64,000 nt of DNA from Parcubacteria group bacterium (GCA_016181845.1 JACOYO010000005.1:2845-66844), one strand, 5' to 3'; shown: positions 26,413-36,816, counted from the stretch's first letter. Made by a program: numbers and translations. Notes: generated by a model not told the origin, from the letters alone.

Positions 26413-26754
26413 GTGGGCGTAAAAAAAATGGAAAATCACGTAGCGGTAGCGATAACACTCTCCACTTTGCTACTCCTTTATGTAGTAGCGATTTTTGGAT
26501 TGATTGTATCCAACAATGCCTCACATGAGTGGTGGGTACTTTCTACCCAATTGCTGTTGGTGTGGTTTAGTTTACGGTGGGGAAACATATCTGTTCCTAT
26601 CAACCTGCCCGCAATGCAGGTATACATTGCGATAATGGTTGTCTTGTGTTTTGTTCCTGTGTTGTTTATTAATAGTATTGGGATAGTATCGTTTCCAATA
26701 TTTCTTGGGTGGGCGGCGGGGTTTGGCAGACAAGTACACGCTGTCGACGGCTAA
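26413..26754 (+). CDS. Small hypothetical membrane protein (3-4 TM)
   Basis: A hydrophobic ORF followed by a terminator. Confidence 0.35.
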   Translation: MGVKKMENHVAVAITLSTLLLLYVVAIFGLIVSNNASHEWWVLSTQLLLVWFSLRWGNISVPINLPAMQVYIAIMVVLCFVPVLFINSIGIVSFPIFLGWAAGFGRQVHAVDG

Positions 26755-26779
26755 TGCGACTCGCCACTCGCCGTCAAAC

Positions 26780-26812
26780 AAACCGCCTCGTCATCAAGAC
26801 GGGCGGTTTTTT
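26780..26812. terminator. Bidirectional rho-independent terminator between the small membrane-protein gene and gatB
   Basis: aaaccgcctcgtcatcaagacgggcggtttttt. Confidence 0.55.
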
Positions 26813-28235
26813 ATGTGAGTAATTCAATAAATATTTTTTTGAGAACTGCCGGATTTCCCGCGCCTTTTGTTTCTTTCATGCCTTGCCCGATTAAAAACTG
26901 AATTGCCGATTCTTTGCCATTTTTGTACTCATCCGCAACTTTTTGATTTTCTGAAATGATTTTTCGCGCGATGGCTTTGAGCACCGCCTCATCGCTTTGC
27001 TGAAGCAATCCTTTTTCTTCCGCAATTTTTTTCGGATCTCCTCCCTTTTCAAACAAAACCGCCAGTATGTCTTTTGCCCCGCGGGAAGAAATAATTCCCT
27101 CGCGCGCCATGCGTATCAATTCAGCAAAAGAATCAGGCGATACCGCGCCAAGCGCCTTATCATCGGAAATTTTTATCAAGCCAACCAAATCGGATGTAAT
27201 GTAATTTGACGCAAGCGCCGTGAGCGCTTTATCACTGCCCAAAAGCGCCGTAACTTCTTCAAAAAACCCGCCGAGCATACGGTCAGCCACATACGTCTCA
27301 ATGTCCTCCGATTTTATTCCGTATGCTTTCGCGTAGCGTTCGCGTTTCTGCCATGGTAATTCCGGCAAAACAAAGTTTTGAAAATCTGCAATTTTTGAGA
27401 GCCATAATTTCGGCAAATCGGGTTCAGGAAAATAACGATAGTCTTGGGACGTTTCTTTCAACCGCTGTGAGAATGTTTTCCCAGCGTTTTCATCCCACCC
27501 TCGCGTCTCCTGCACGATTTTCTCGCCTTTTTCAATCGCTTCAGACTGCCGTTTTATTTCGTACTCAATCGCCTTTTCAACCGCGCGAAACGAGTTGAGG
27601 TTTTTTATTTCTACTTTTGTGCCGCGAGACCCTTCAGGCGCGACAGACACGTTCGCCTCCACGCGCATCTCTCCTTTTTCCATGTTTGCTTCCGACACGC
27701 CGAGCGTGCGCAAAAGTAGCTGTAGCTCGCGCGCAAAATCTCCCGCTTGTTTCGCGCTTTTTATCACCGGCTCCGTCACGAGCTCCATGAGAGGCACTCC
27801 CGCCCTGTTGAAATCAACGAGCGAATAATCGCCGGTTTCCCCTGCCAGCGCAGGCAAGTGCGACGAGCTTGCCGTATCTTCTTCCAAATGCACCCTTGTG
27901 AGCGCCACGCCGTTAAGCAAACCGCCGGAAACAATCGGGTGCTCATACTGGCTGATTTGATACCCCTTTGGAATATCGGGATAAAAATAATTTTTGCGGT
28001 CAAATTCCGTAAAATCGGCAATCCTGCCACCGACCGCCTTTCCAACTTTTACAATATGATTGACCGCTTCTTTATTTATAACCGGCAATGTCCCCGGGTG
28101 CGCCATACACACCGGGCAGACGTTCACATTCGGACGCGTTTCGTCGGGGTCATTCTTTGAATCACAGAACATTTTTGTCCGCGTCTTCAATTCTGCATGC
28201 ACTTCAAGCCCGATTGTGGGTATATATACTGACAT
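26811..28235 (-). CDS. gatB: Asp-tRNA(Asn)/Glu-tRNA(Gln) amidotransferase subunit B
   Basis: IGLEVHAEL..TKMFC...PNVNVCPVCMAHPGTLPV and the C-terminal YqeY-like domain. Confidence 0.9.
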   Translation of the reverse strand: MSVYIPTIGLEVHAELKTRTKMFCDSKNDPDETRPNVNVCPVCMAHPGTLPVINKEAVNHIVKVGKAVGGRIADFTEFDRKNYFYPDIPKGYQISQYEHPIVSGGLLNGVALTRVHLEEDTASSSHLPALAGETGDYSLVDFNRAGVPLMELVTEPVIKSAKQAGDFARELQLLLRTLGVSEANMEKGEMRVEANVSVAPEGSRGTKVEIKNLNSFRAVEKAIEYEIKRQSEAIEKGEKIVQETRGWDENAGKTFSQRLKETSQDYRYFPEPDLPKLWLSKIADFQNFVLPELPWQKRERYAKAYGIKSEDIETYVADRMLGGFFEEVTALLGSDKALTALASNYITSDLVGLIKISDDKALGAVSPDSFAELIRMAREGIISSRGAKDILAVLFEKGGDPKKIAEEKGLLQQSDEAVLKAIARKIISENQKVADEYKNGKESAIQFLIGQGMKETKGAGNPAVLKKIFIELLT

Positions 28236-28393
28236 ACAAACAAGTATACTACAGATTACGAAACTCTATTACGAGCAGAACATTGCGGACCCAAACGATA
28301 CTGTCGTGGGAGCATAGCATCCACCCTGGGCGGAATGCGCGTTCTGCGAATAATGAGAGTTTCGTAATTTAAATTAGTTACAACATTGTAGCA

Positions 28394-29296
28394 TTACGCT
28401 TCCAACGCTTTTTTTGCAAGTGCGATTGCACCTTCTTTGGAACGACTGCCGGCGAGCCAAAGACCATTATGGCAAAATTTGGCATCCGGTACGCCGCTAA
28501 TAGCCGCAAACTCTCCATCTCTTTTCCCAGCCCATTCTTTGGGAAGATTTTTGCGATTGTTAAATATCGCGCCATTTTTTTCTACCGCCCGCACATGCCA
28601 ATCTCCGTTGCTTGATGAAGACGCCGGGTAGACAACATAGAGCGGCTCCGGATATTTTTCCAACACGGAGCGCGAAGGATAATAGCGGTCAAGCACGATA
28701 AGTCTTTTGTCAGACGCTCCTTCATAAGCTTCTTTCACTTTTCCCGCCGCCCGAGCAGAGCTTTTTGCGCGAATCACCTCTCGCAGTAAAATCTTTTTTG
28801 CCACCTCAAGCGCTTCCATAAACGCTTCGTCAAAACCGCGCGCTTCATCCCATCCGACAGAAAACGACTCTATTACTTCTCCCACTCCATATGTCGCCAC
28901 CCCTTCAAATTTCGGCTGAACGTTCGCCATGCCATTATCCATGGCGTCAATATATTCCACAAGTTTTTTTTCAATCAGGTCAGATACCTCTTGAGAACCG
29001 GAAAATTCCGCGCCAAATTTTTTCCACACAAGCCCAAGCGACGAGTACGGCACGCCGTTTTCGTGTTTGCCAGCCCCGCCTTCCTGGTGGTGGTCAAACC
29101 GATTTTTTTGAGCATCGTACACGTCGCCGACGTCCACGACAAAATCACCTTTCCTCCACAAATCGGGATTGCGGCTGCGTGCTATAGTATACGAGATATT
29201 TTTTTGTTCGTGGAGAAGTGTTAGTAGCGCCACGGCAAAAACATCATCCGCGTGAAAATGCCCGTCGTGGGTTACAATACTTACTGACGACGCCAT
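28394..29296 (-). CDS. MYG1/UPF0160-family metal-dependent hydrolase
   Basis: The N-terminus IVTHDGHFHADDVFAVALL is the family's His-rich metal-binding motif. Confidence 0.55.
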   Translation of the reverse strand: MASSVSIVTHDGHFHADDVFAVALLTLLHEQKNISYTIARSRNPDLWRKGDFVVDVGDVYDAQKNRFDHHQEGGAGKHENGVPYSSLGLVWKKFGAEFSGSQEVSDLIEKKLVEYIDAMDNGMANVQPKFEGVATYGVGEVIESFSVGWDEARGFDEAFMEALEVAKKILLREVIRAKSSARAAGKVKEAYEGASDKRLIVLDRYYPSRSVLEKYPEPLYVVYPASSSSNGDWHVRAVEKNGAIFNNRKNLPKEWAGKRDGEFAAISGVPDAKFCHNGLWLAGSRSKEGAIALAKKALEA

Positions 29297-29297
29297 A

Positions 29298-29645
29298 TTA
29301 ATCTATAACTTCAATAAAATGCTTCCCGATAAAACTTATCGCGGAAACAACCAGCGCGCCGAAAAACGCGGCAAAAAATCCTGCCACCGCAAACCCCTGA
29401 ATAAAAGAGGCGAGAAACCAAAATAAAAGCGCGTTGATAACAAACGTAAAAAGCCCGAGCGTAAGAAGGGTGACTGGGAGCGTCAACACCACTAAAATCG
29501 GCCGCACCAAAAGATTAAGCGCTCCGAGAAGTACTGCGACAATGAGCGCGATATAAAAAGAAGCCACGGAAACGCCGGGCACCACATAACCCGCCGTCAA
29601 AACCCCAAAAGCATTCACGAGCCACTGCGCGATAAAAGACACCAT
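29298..29645 (-). CDS. Phage holin family 4 / DUF360 membrane protein
   Basis: Four TM helices with the characteristic LVNAFGVLTAGYVVPGV...VRPILVVLTLPVTLLTLGLFTFVINALLFW pattern of PF04020-type proteins. Confidence 0.5.
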   Translation of the reverse strand: MVSFIAQWLVNAFGVLTAGYVVPGVSVASFYIALIVAVLLGALNLLVRPILVVLTLPVTLLTLGLFTFVINALLFWFLASFIQGFAVAGFFAAFFGALVVSAISFIGKHFIEVID

Positions 29646-29714
29646 ATCAAAAAGTATAACTGTATTTTTTAAAAAAACAAAGCCGCCTCGTAAAATGAGG
29701 CGGCTTTAACTACT

Positions 29715-30314
29715 TCAAGAACGAACTGATTTGACTAGTTTGTCGGCGTTTTTGACAACCAACCCAGTGCATCCGGGCGGGCGTTCTATAAATTCAAGAA
29801 CCGTAAACGGGTGTCCATCGCGATACATAGGTTTCGTGAAAATTTGCTTGAGACCGGTATCTATGTCGCACGCAATATCCCCGACAAAAGGAACACCCCA
29901 TTGGGTCCATATATGCACCGCCTTTTCAATTTCTTGCACCCGAACGGCAACGTGATGAAATTGACGATATCCGAATTTTACTATCCAATCATAAATGATT
30001 CTACCGCCACCAGAACTCAAAATCTTGTCGTGATTCGGCTGGTCAACGACAATGGTCGGATACCCAGGCTTATAAAAAACCTGAAGGAACCAATCCCCCA
30101 TATTAATTTCCCCATCGGAGACTTTTTCAAAACCTTCCGTGTACAGCCATTTTGCCACATGTTCTATGTTAAATGCTCGAATCGTGCAGTGGTCTACCAG
30201 CGCGCTAATATCAAATTTACAATTTTCAATTTGATGCATAAAATTCCGCGCGTCGTTGTTTTGCCGTACATAATCATCAAAATATTCTTTCAGAAATGAT
30301 TTTTCCGAAAACAT
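29715..30314 (-). CDS. Hypothetical protein, possibly a VOC/glyoxalase-like fold
   Basis: Weak resemblance only (HHVAVRV..FTVLEFIER); the start is at 30312-30314. Confidence 0.3.
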   Translation of the reverse strand: MFSEKSFLKEYFDDYVRQNNDARNFMHQIENCKFDISALVDHCTIRAFNIEHVAKWLYTEGFEKVSDGEINMGDWFLQVFYKPGYPTIVVDQPNHDKILSSGGGRIIYDWIVKFGYRQFHHVAVRVQEIEKAVHIWTQWGVPFVGDIACDIDTGLKQIFTKPMYRDGHPFTVLEFIERPPGCTGLVVKNADKLVKSVRS

Positions 30315-30437
30315 ATTCCTCCTTTGATTTATGGTTAATTGATGAAGAACATTTCTAATCTGAAACACAGAATACCGAAAAACATAAAAAAAGCAAGCCG
30401 ATTGCGCCAAGACGACTTGTGTTTTTTCTTACGCTTC

Positions 30438-31460
30438 TTATGCCGCAGGTTTTACCACGTTTGCCGGAGCCCCGGCATTAAATGCGTTTATATTTTCTGC
30501 CGTAGTATCTAGAATACGCTGAAGCGCTTCTTTCGTATTAAATGCCATGTGCGGGGTGATAATCACGCGCGGATGGTCAATAAGATAGTGATTTTCAAGC
30601 ATGGTTTTCAAGCTTTCCACATTCGGATGCGGATCGTTCAAAAGCGCCGTTTCATCAAGCAAATACCCTTCTTCTTCAAGCACGTCTAGTCCCGCTCCAG
30701 CGATAATTCCCTTTTCAAGTCCGTACACAAGCGCGTCGGTCTCCACCAAACCACCGCGCGCCGTGTTGATAATGTATGCGCCTTTTTTTATTTTTTCCAC
30801 ATTGCCGCGATTAATAAGATGATGCGTGTGCGGATTGTACGGCGCGTGAAGCGTAATAATATCTGATTGCGCGAGAAGTTCGTCAAATGATACATACGAA
30901 ATCCCAGCCTCTTTTGCGTACGCATCATCGCGCTTAACATCAAACGCGATAATGTTCATTTCAAAACCTTTCGCCATACGAATCACATGCCGCCCGATAT
31001 GTCCGGTGCCCACAACGCCAAACGTCTTCCCTTTCAAATCAAACCCGCGTAGTCCTTGCGGAGAAAATGAGCCGGTCTTAATAACACGGTCATGCCCTTC
31101 GTATGTCATACGAGAAAGCATGAGGAGAAGCGCGAACGCAAATTCAGCGACCGTATTTTCTCCATAAAAAGGCACGTTGGAAACCGTAATCCCGCGCTTG
31201 GCCGTCTCTGAAAGTTCAATGTGGTCAAACCCAGTGGAGCGTGTGGCGATAAATTTTAGGTTTGGGAAACGGTCAAGCTCGGGCGCGCCGATATGCGATT
31301 TCACAAATACCGAGAGAATTTCGGCTTCTGCGTCTCGCGGGTCAGGATTGTCTTGCATGGAACCGGCGTAAAATATCCACTCGTATTCTGGCAATTTTTC
31401 CGCAAGATATTTTTGCTCCCACGGCTCGTTATAAAAAGATACGATTTTTGTTTTTGGCAT
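30438..31460 (-). CDS. D-isomer-specific 2-hydroxyacid dehydrogenase family protein (NAD-dependent)
   Basis: Rossmann motif GVVGTGHIGRHV and catalytic-region blocks (..NTARGGLVD..., HMAFNTKEA); the start is at 31458-31460. Confidence 0.7.
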   Translation of the reverse strand: MPKTKIVSFYNEPWEQKYLAEKLPEYEWIFYAGSMQDNPDPRDAEAEILSVFVKSHIGAPELDRFPNLKFIATRSTGFDHIELSETAKRGITVSNVPFYGENTVAEFAFALLLMLSRMTYEGHDRVIKTGSFSPQGLRGFDLKGKTFGVVGTGHIGRHVIRMAKGFEMNIIAFDVKRDDAYAKEAGISYVSFDELLAQSDIITLHAPYNPHTHHLINRGNVEKIKKGAYIINTARGGLVETDALVYGLEKGIIAGAGLDVLEEEGYLLDETALLNDPHPNVESLKTMLENHYLIDHPRVIITPHMAFNTKEALQRILDTTAENINAFNAGAPANVVKPAA

Positions 31461-31562
31461 TGAAATAAGATGAATTGGTAACATGGCTATTATAACATAC
31501 ATGCCTCCACCGAGCATAAAAACGCGCGGTCTTTTTATAGACCGCGCATGAGTGAGGCTGAA

Positions 31563-32306
31563 TCAGCCGAATTTAATTTTTTTGCACACGCCATTTTGGC
31601 ATACTTCAACATCGTTCCATGACGTGCCGGCGCGAAGAGAGCCGCCCAATTTTTTTGCGACAATCTTTTTTTCAACATTCAGATACGTTTCATCAATCTG
31701 AATGAAATCAACGACGCCGTCTTGGTTGGTATCTTTCGCCACACCTATCGCGGTATGCAACCCGCCACCCAATGTTTCCTGAAATACAAACACCGGATTC
31801 CCGAGTTTGTTTTCTTCTATCGGAAATTGGATGAGACGGGAAACAAGCATGTCTTTGTCCGCTTTTGAAAAAATATGGAGCATAAACACTTTATTATCCT
31901 CTTCATTGCTCCACATGTTCCAAAGAAGCGTGGCGTCGTAGAGCGGCGAGGCGAGCAGATTTTTTTTATACGACAGCCGCCCTACATGAAACAATTGCCC
32001 GTCCATGATTTGCGTCGCAATAGTGATATCAAACACTCCAATCGCCGATTCGCCATGCAAAAAAGTTGTTGACCCTATCGGCGATTGCGCAATCGCATTG
32101 AGCAGTAGGTCGTAGGTGTAATAAGTGGCCTTGTGAAAATTTTCCTGACCGACAATGTGTTCAAAGGCGCCGCTTATTTGCTCCAACTTTTCAAGAATAA
32201 GCGCAGAATCCCATTCCTCGTCCGTTTTGGATTGCGTCTCCCCAAATACCACCGCTGGCATATAAAGCATGCATGCAATCATTACTGCAAATGCTATTTT
32301 TTTCAT
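31563..32306 (-). CDS. Hypothetical secreted protein
   Basis: Signal peptide MKKIAFAVMIACMLYMPAVVFG. Confidence 0.4.
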   Translation of the reverse strand: MKKIAFAVMIACMLYMPAVVFGETQSKTDEEWDSALILEKLEQISGAFEHIVGQENFHKATYYTYDLLLNAIAQSPIGSTTFLHGESAIGVFDITIATQIMDGQLFHVGRLSYKKNLLASPLYDATLLWNMWSNEEDNKVFMLHIFSKADKDMLVSRLIQFPIEENKLGNPVFVFQETLGGGLHTAIGVAKDTNQDGVVDFIQIDETYLNVEKKIVAKKLGGSLRAGTSWNDVEVCQNGVCKKIKFG

Positions 32307-32472
32307 CCGTCACCTCCAGTTAAAATGAGCACGTTGTGTCTACTGTCAAGAATAACAGACGGGCTTGATTTGTCTACAATATCTCCGCTTAATTCTTGAC
32401 AAAGATATTGTCAATGATACCTTGAGCAAAGTTCTTTGTACTAGACTATCAAACATTTTTTGGGAGGCAATC

Positions 32473-32874
32473 ATGCTTAAAAAAGGTCTAGTGATACTAA
32501 TAGCATCAATAATTACTTTCGCAATTTCTTCTTTTGTTTTTGCAGAAACGGCAACAGAACTCCCCGAGTTCAAAGACTGGCCTGTGTATAAAGAACTTCC
32601 TTGCAAGGAACAGTTCGACTTCAAAATGGAAGAATGGCAGTCGGATAAAAATGGGACACAAAAAATTGCGCGAATTACACAAAAATCAACCGATATCACA
32701 TTTATCCTCTTTGAACAACAGGAACAAAACGGTAAGGAGGGCTATTTTTATAAAAATGGAAAACAATTAAAAGATAGAGACTTTTTTGAGGAACTATTCA
32801 AGGCCACTGGTAGTAATGAGGAGACCTTTCTAATGATAATGACGGCCTGTACTGGGCAGTTCAATATAATGTAA
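32473..32874 (+). CDS. Small hypothetical secreted protein
   Basis: Signal peptide MLKKGLVILIASIITFAISSFVFA. Confidence 0.4.
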   Translation: MLKKGLVILIASIITFAISSFVFAETATELPEFKDWPVYKELPCKEQFDFKMEEWQSDKNGTQKIARITQKSTDITFILFEQQEQNGKEGYFYKNGKQLKDRDFFEELFKATGSNEETFLMIMTACTGQFNIM

Positions 32875-32951
32875 TAGGCCACCATCATACACTAAAAAGC
32901 GCCGCGTCAGTGGCGCTTTTTTTTCGTGATATGCTTTTCCAAAAAAATCAT

Positions 32952-33446
32952 TCAATCAAATCTATGCCATTCGGTCTTCTTCCCCTTTCTTTTGTTTTCA
33001 GCCATGACTAATTCGTCATAAATTCCGTCAAGAAGCTTGTAGTTTTTTGCTTCCTCAATGCTAATCCAGGCAAATTGATCATTTTCCTCAATTTGCAGGT
33101 TGATTTCACCGGAAACATAATCCGCGACGCAAGAAATTACCAGTGACGGACTGCCGTCGGCATGAACGGTCGCCAGACTGGTAATATATTCTATGTTGTT
33201 GATATCAATTCCGACCTCTTCTTTTACTTCTCTGCGCAGAGTTCTCTCAAGAACATTGTACCAATAAAATTCTGTGTCTTTCGGGAGCTTCAAGTAATCG
33301 CTAGTCTCCATTTTTCCTCCCGGCACGGTCCACATTCCGGGAAATCGTTTTTTATTGGGCGATCGTCTGGTAATGAGATATTTGCCATCCTTCACGACGA
33401 TTGCAGTAACCGCTACTTCGTGCAGATATTGATTATTTGTTTCCAT
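32952..33446 (-). CDS. NUDIX hydrolase
   Basis: Nudix box GGKMETSDY..x7..REVKEEVGI. Confidence 0.7.
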   Translation of the reverse strand: METNNQYLHEVAVTAIVVKDGKYLITRRSPNKKRFPGMWTVPGGKMETSDYLKLPKDTEFYWYNVLERTLRREVKEEVGIDINNIEYITSLATVHADGSPSLVISCVADYVSGEINLQIEENDQFAWISIEEAKNYKLLDGIYDELVMAENKRKGKKTEWHRFD

Positions 33447-33486
33447 ATATTTTGTTGTTTAAAAAATAATTTTTTAATACTATTTC

Positions 33487-33690
33487 TCATCTCGCATGAA
33501 TATATTGATACGATAATTTATTATATGCATCGGTAGAATATTCACAAATCCCATCTTCGATTATTACGCCATTTTTCACAATAACCGCGCCGCATTGCGC
33601 CCGAAGACATAAAGATTTCTTTGCAACTTTCGCCGTCGCATTCATCCACCCTTTTGCTTCCCTTTCTTGTTGTCCTGTAAGATATTTCAT
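33487..33690 (-). pseudogene. Truncated cytidine/deoxycytidylate-deaminase-like fragment (67 aa)
   Basis: CLRAQCGAVIVKNGVIIEDG resembles the N-terminal block of CMP/dCMP deaminases, but the zinc-binding HAE/PCxxC half is missing. Confidence 0.3.
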
Positions 33691-33737
33691 ATCTTAGTTA
33701 TCAATTACACGTTTTCTTACTAAACGCTGGCCTACAT

Positions 33738-34142
33738 TTATATCGTCGCGGACACAAACTCAAGTAGTGATTTCAGCGCATATTCTGTATAAATATCCTT
33801 GGCAACAAAATTTTTATAATCCTCAATAGACCGGATGATGTTGTTTGGGTCTGTCGTTCCGATTCTTTTAGTTGATTCCAAACAGTCGTTCATTTTGGAT
33901 ATAATTTTTTCTATTTCATCTTCCGGTATTTTTTCTGTGCGCAAGTCTTCAATAATTTCTAGATATTTCTGATAAATAGGTTTCAGATATTTTTCTATTA
34001 GAGCGTCTTTTTGTTCTTCTCCCGCCCAACCGCTTGATAATGCATATTGAATACACTTATCAACATATTCCTGCTCGGTTCTAATACGAGATCTTTCTTT
34101 TTTTTGCTCTAATCTAGATATGCGCTCCATGATATTTTTCAA
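33738..34142 (-). CDS. Hypothetical protein
   Basis: ORF only. Confidence 0.35.
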   Translation of the reverse strand: MKNIMERISRLEQKKERSRIRTEQEYVDKCIQYALSSGWAGEEQKDALIEKYLKPIYQKYLEIIEDLRTEKIPEDEIEKIISKMNDCLESTKRIGTTDPNNIIRSIEDYKNFVAKDIYTEYALKSLLEFVSATI

Positions 34143-34243
34143 TTCGTTTTGGTCAAATTTTTTGTAAAATTCGGCTATGCGAAAGCCGAATTAAAAGAGC
34201 TTTTGGCTTAAATTCCCGGTTTTAAAGGTTTTTTAGGCTTCCC

Positions 34244-36760
34244 TCATGACCCATGACATTTCTTATATTTCTTTCCGCTTCCACAAAAACATAAATCGTT
34301 TCTGCCGATTTCATGGCCTTCGCTATCTTTCGGTTTGTGCGAAATCGCTTGCTTCGGCTCTGCATCGCCCGCTGTACTGCCGCCGATTAATTGCGCCGAT
34401 TTGTGCACTTCCTGTAATTTCGTTTCTTCGCGCGCGAACGCTCCTTCACCGATATTCGGCAAAAGAGAAAGTATCTGTCCGGCAATCGCACCTTCCATTT
34501 CTTTGAAAAGAGCGAGTCCTTCTTTTTTATATTCCACGAGCGGATCGCGCTGCCCATACGCGCGCAACCGCACCGAGCTTCGCAGATAATCCATCGTTTC
34601 CAGATGCTCCATCCAAAACATGTCTATCGTTTGCAATATGAGCCCGCGCATCGTCTCGGCAAATTTTTCCTCGCCCATCGCCGCACGTTTCTTCTCAGTC
34701 ATTTCTTTTGTTTCTCCCGCGACCGAAGCATCGGTTATTTCATCAAGATATGTTTCTATCGCTTCACTGCCACCAAAGAGAATACCGCGCCTCCGTCCGT
34801 AGAGAATCTGCCGCTGATGGTTCATCACATCATCGTATTCAAGCACATGGCGCCGCGCGTCAAAATTAAACCCCTCAATTTTCTCCTGCGCCGCTTCAAG
34901 CGATTTTGAAATTAGCTTGTTTTCAATCGCCTGCTCTTCAGGAATACCAAAGCGCCCCATCATATTTTTAATCGTGTCGGAGGCAAACACCCGCATGAGC
35001 GAATCGTCAAGCGATACGAAAAACTGCGTTTCCCCCGTGTCCCCCTGCCTGCCAGCGCGTCCGCGAAGCTGATTGTCTATGCGCCGCGCTTCGTGCCGTT
35101 CGGTACCGAGCACAAAAAGACCGCCTAAAGATTTTACTTCTTCCGACAACTCTTGTGTCGCGGGATTTCCACCAAGTTTTATATCAACCCCGCGCCCCGC
35201 CATGTTGGTCGCAATCGTTACAGCGCCCTTGCGTCCAGCCTGCGCGATGATTTCTCCTTCTCTTTCATGATTCTTTGCGTTGAGTATTTCGTGCCGTACT
35301 CCTTCGCGCGAAAGATACTCCGACAAAATTTCATTTTTCTCAATGGAAACCGTGCCCACGAGCACCGGCTGGCCTTTTTCATTAAGTGTTTTTATTTTCT
35401 TCGCGATTGCTTTTAATTTCCCCTTCTCGTTTTGGTAAATCAAATCATCGCGGTCAATACGCAAAATCGGCTTATTGGTTGGAATTGCAATCACATCAAG
35501 CCCGTACACTTTTCTAAATTCTTCCGCGGAAGTGAGCGCGGTACCGGTCATTCCGGAAAGTTTTTTATACATCCGAAAATAATTTTGAAACGTAATTGAT
35601 GCAAACGTGCGCGATTCACGCTGGATTTCAACCCCCTCTTTTGCCTCAATCGCCTGGTGCAGTCCTTCACTCCACCTGCGCCCGGGCTGAAGCCGCCCGG
35701 TAAACTCATCAACAATGACCACTTCGCCATTGCGGACGACATAATCTTTATCACGCTGGAAAAGCGCTTTGGCGCGCACGGCCGTTTCCAGATGATGCAC
35801 ATATTTAATGCCTTTTTCCGTGTAGATATTTTCAACCCCGAGTAATTTTTCTGCCTTTGTTATTCCTTCGTCGGTCAGCGTCGCCGATTTGAATTTTTCA
35901 TCAACCTTAAAATCAGTTTCTTTTTGCAGTTGCGCCGCAATTTTTGCAAACACGGTGTAAAACGCATCCGATTCTTGCGCCGGAGCCGAAATGATAAGCG
36001 GCGTGCGCGCTTCGTCTATTAAAATGGAATCAACCTCATCAACAATCGCATAATAGTGTCCGCGTTGACGTACTTCTTCTTTGCGATAACTGATATTATC
36101 GCGCAAATAATCAAATCCGAATTCATTGTTTGTGCCATACGTAATGTCAGCCGCGTACGCTTCGCGCCTGCTTACCGGACGCAAAAATTCATGCACTACT
36201 TTGAACGCGCCTTTTTCATCCCGTTCTTTATCGAGTTCGCTATCCGTTTGCGCAGACAAATGTTTCGGGTCATATATAAAAGATGATTCATGATTGATAC
36301 ATCCGACCGACATTCCGAGCGCTTGATATATCTGCCCCATCCACACGGCATCGCGGCGCGAGAGATAATCATTCACCGTCACCACATGCACACCTTCACC
36401 AGCAAGCGCGTTGAGATACGCAGGCAATGTGGCAACAAGCGTTTTCCCTTCACCGGTTTTCATTTCTGAAATGTTGTTTCGATGGAGCACGATTCCTCCC
36501 AACAATTGCATATCAAAATGCCGCTCCCCGAGGGTCCGTCGAGCCGCCTCGCGCACCGTCGCAAACGCTTCCGGCAAAATGTCGTCAAGAGATTCGCCGC
36601 TTGCAATCCGCTCTTTGAATTGCGCGGTTTTTTGAGCCAATGCTTCGGAAGAAAGGTCATTGAGCTTATCTTCAAAAGAGTTGATTTGAGCCACCAGAGG
36701 CGCGAGCCGCTTGACAGATTTTGTATTTTCGTCGCTGAATATTTTCGTAAAAAATCCCAT
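34244..36760 (-). CDS. secA: Preprotein translocase ATPase SecA
   Basis: N-terminal SecA DEAD motor blocks (MKTGEGKTLVATLPAYLNAL, VVTVNDYL), the helical scaffold, and the C-terminal zinc finger CFCGSGKKYKKCHG. Confidence 0.95.
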   Translation of the reverse strand: MGFFTKIFSDENTKSVKRLAPLVAQINSFEDKLNDLSSEALAQKTAQFKERIASGESLDDILPEAFATVREAARRTLGERHFDMQLLGGIVLHRNNISEMKTGEGKTLVATLPAYLNALAGEGVHVVTVNDYLSRRDAVWMGQIYQALGMSVGCINHESSFIYDPKHLSAQTDSELDKERDEKGAFKVVHEFLRPVSRREAYAADITYGTNNEFGFDYLRDNISYRKEEVRQRGHYYAIVDEVDSILIDEARTPLIISAPAQESDAFYTVFAKIAAQLQKETDFKVDEKFKSATLTDEGITKAEKLLGVENIYTEKGIKYVHHLETAVRAKALFQRDKDYVVRNGEVVIVDEFTGRLQPGRRWSEGLHQAIEAKEGVEIQRESRTFASITFQNYFRMYKKLSGMTGTALTSAEEFRKVYGLDVIAIPTNKPILRIDRDDLIYQNEKGKLKAIAKKIKTLNEKGQPVLVGTVSIEKNEILSEYLSREGVRHEILNAKNHEREGEIIAQAGRKGAVTIATNMAGRGVDIKLGGNPATQELSEEVKSLGGLFVLGTERHEARRIDNQLRGRAGRQGDTGETQFFVSLDDSLMRVFASDTIKNMMGRFGIPEEQAIENKLISKSLEAAQEKIEGFNFDARRHVLEYDDVMNHQRQILYGRRRGILFGGSEAIETYLDEITDASVAGETKEMTEKKRAAMGEEKFAETMRGLILQTIDMFWMEHLETMDYLRSSVRLRAYGQRDPLVEYKKEGLALFKEMEGAIAGQILSLLPNIGEGAFAREETKLQEVHKSAQLIGGSTAGDAEPKQAISHKPKDSEGHEIGRNDLCFCGSGKKYKKCHGS

Positions 36761-36816
36761 AACCGATATCTTTTTAAAAAGTAAAAAGTATGTCTATTCT
36801 ATCAGAAAACGCAAAA

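Noticed and set aside
26811-31517. Prophage hypothesis around the holin-like gene
   Set aside because: A single holin-family membrane protein, with no lysin, capsid, terminase or integrase and no att duplication nearby, is insufficient to call a prophage.
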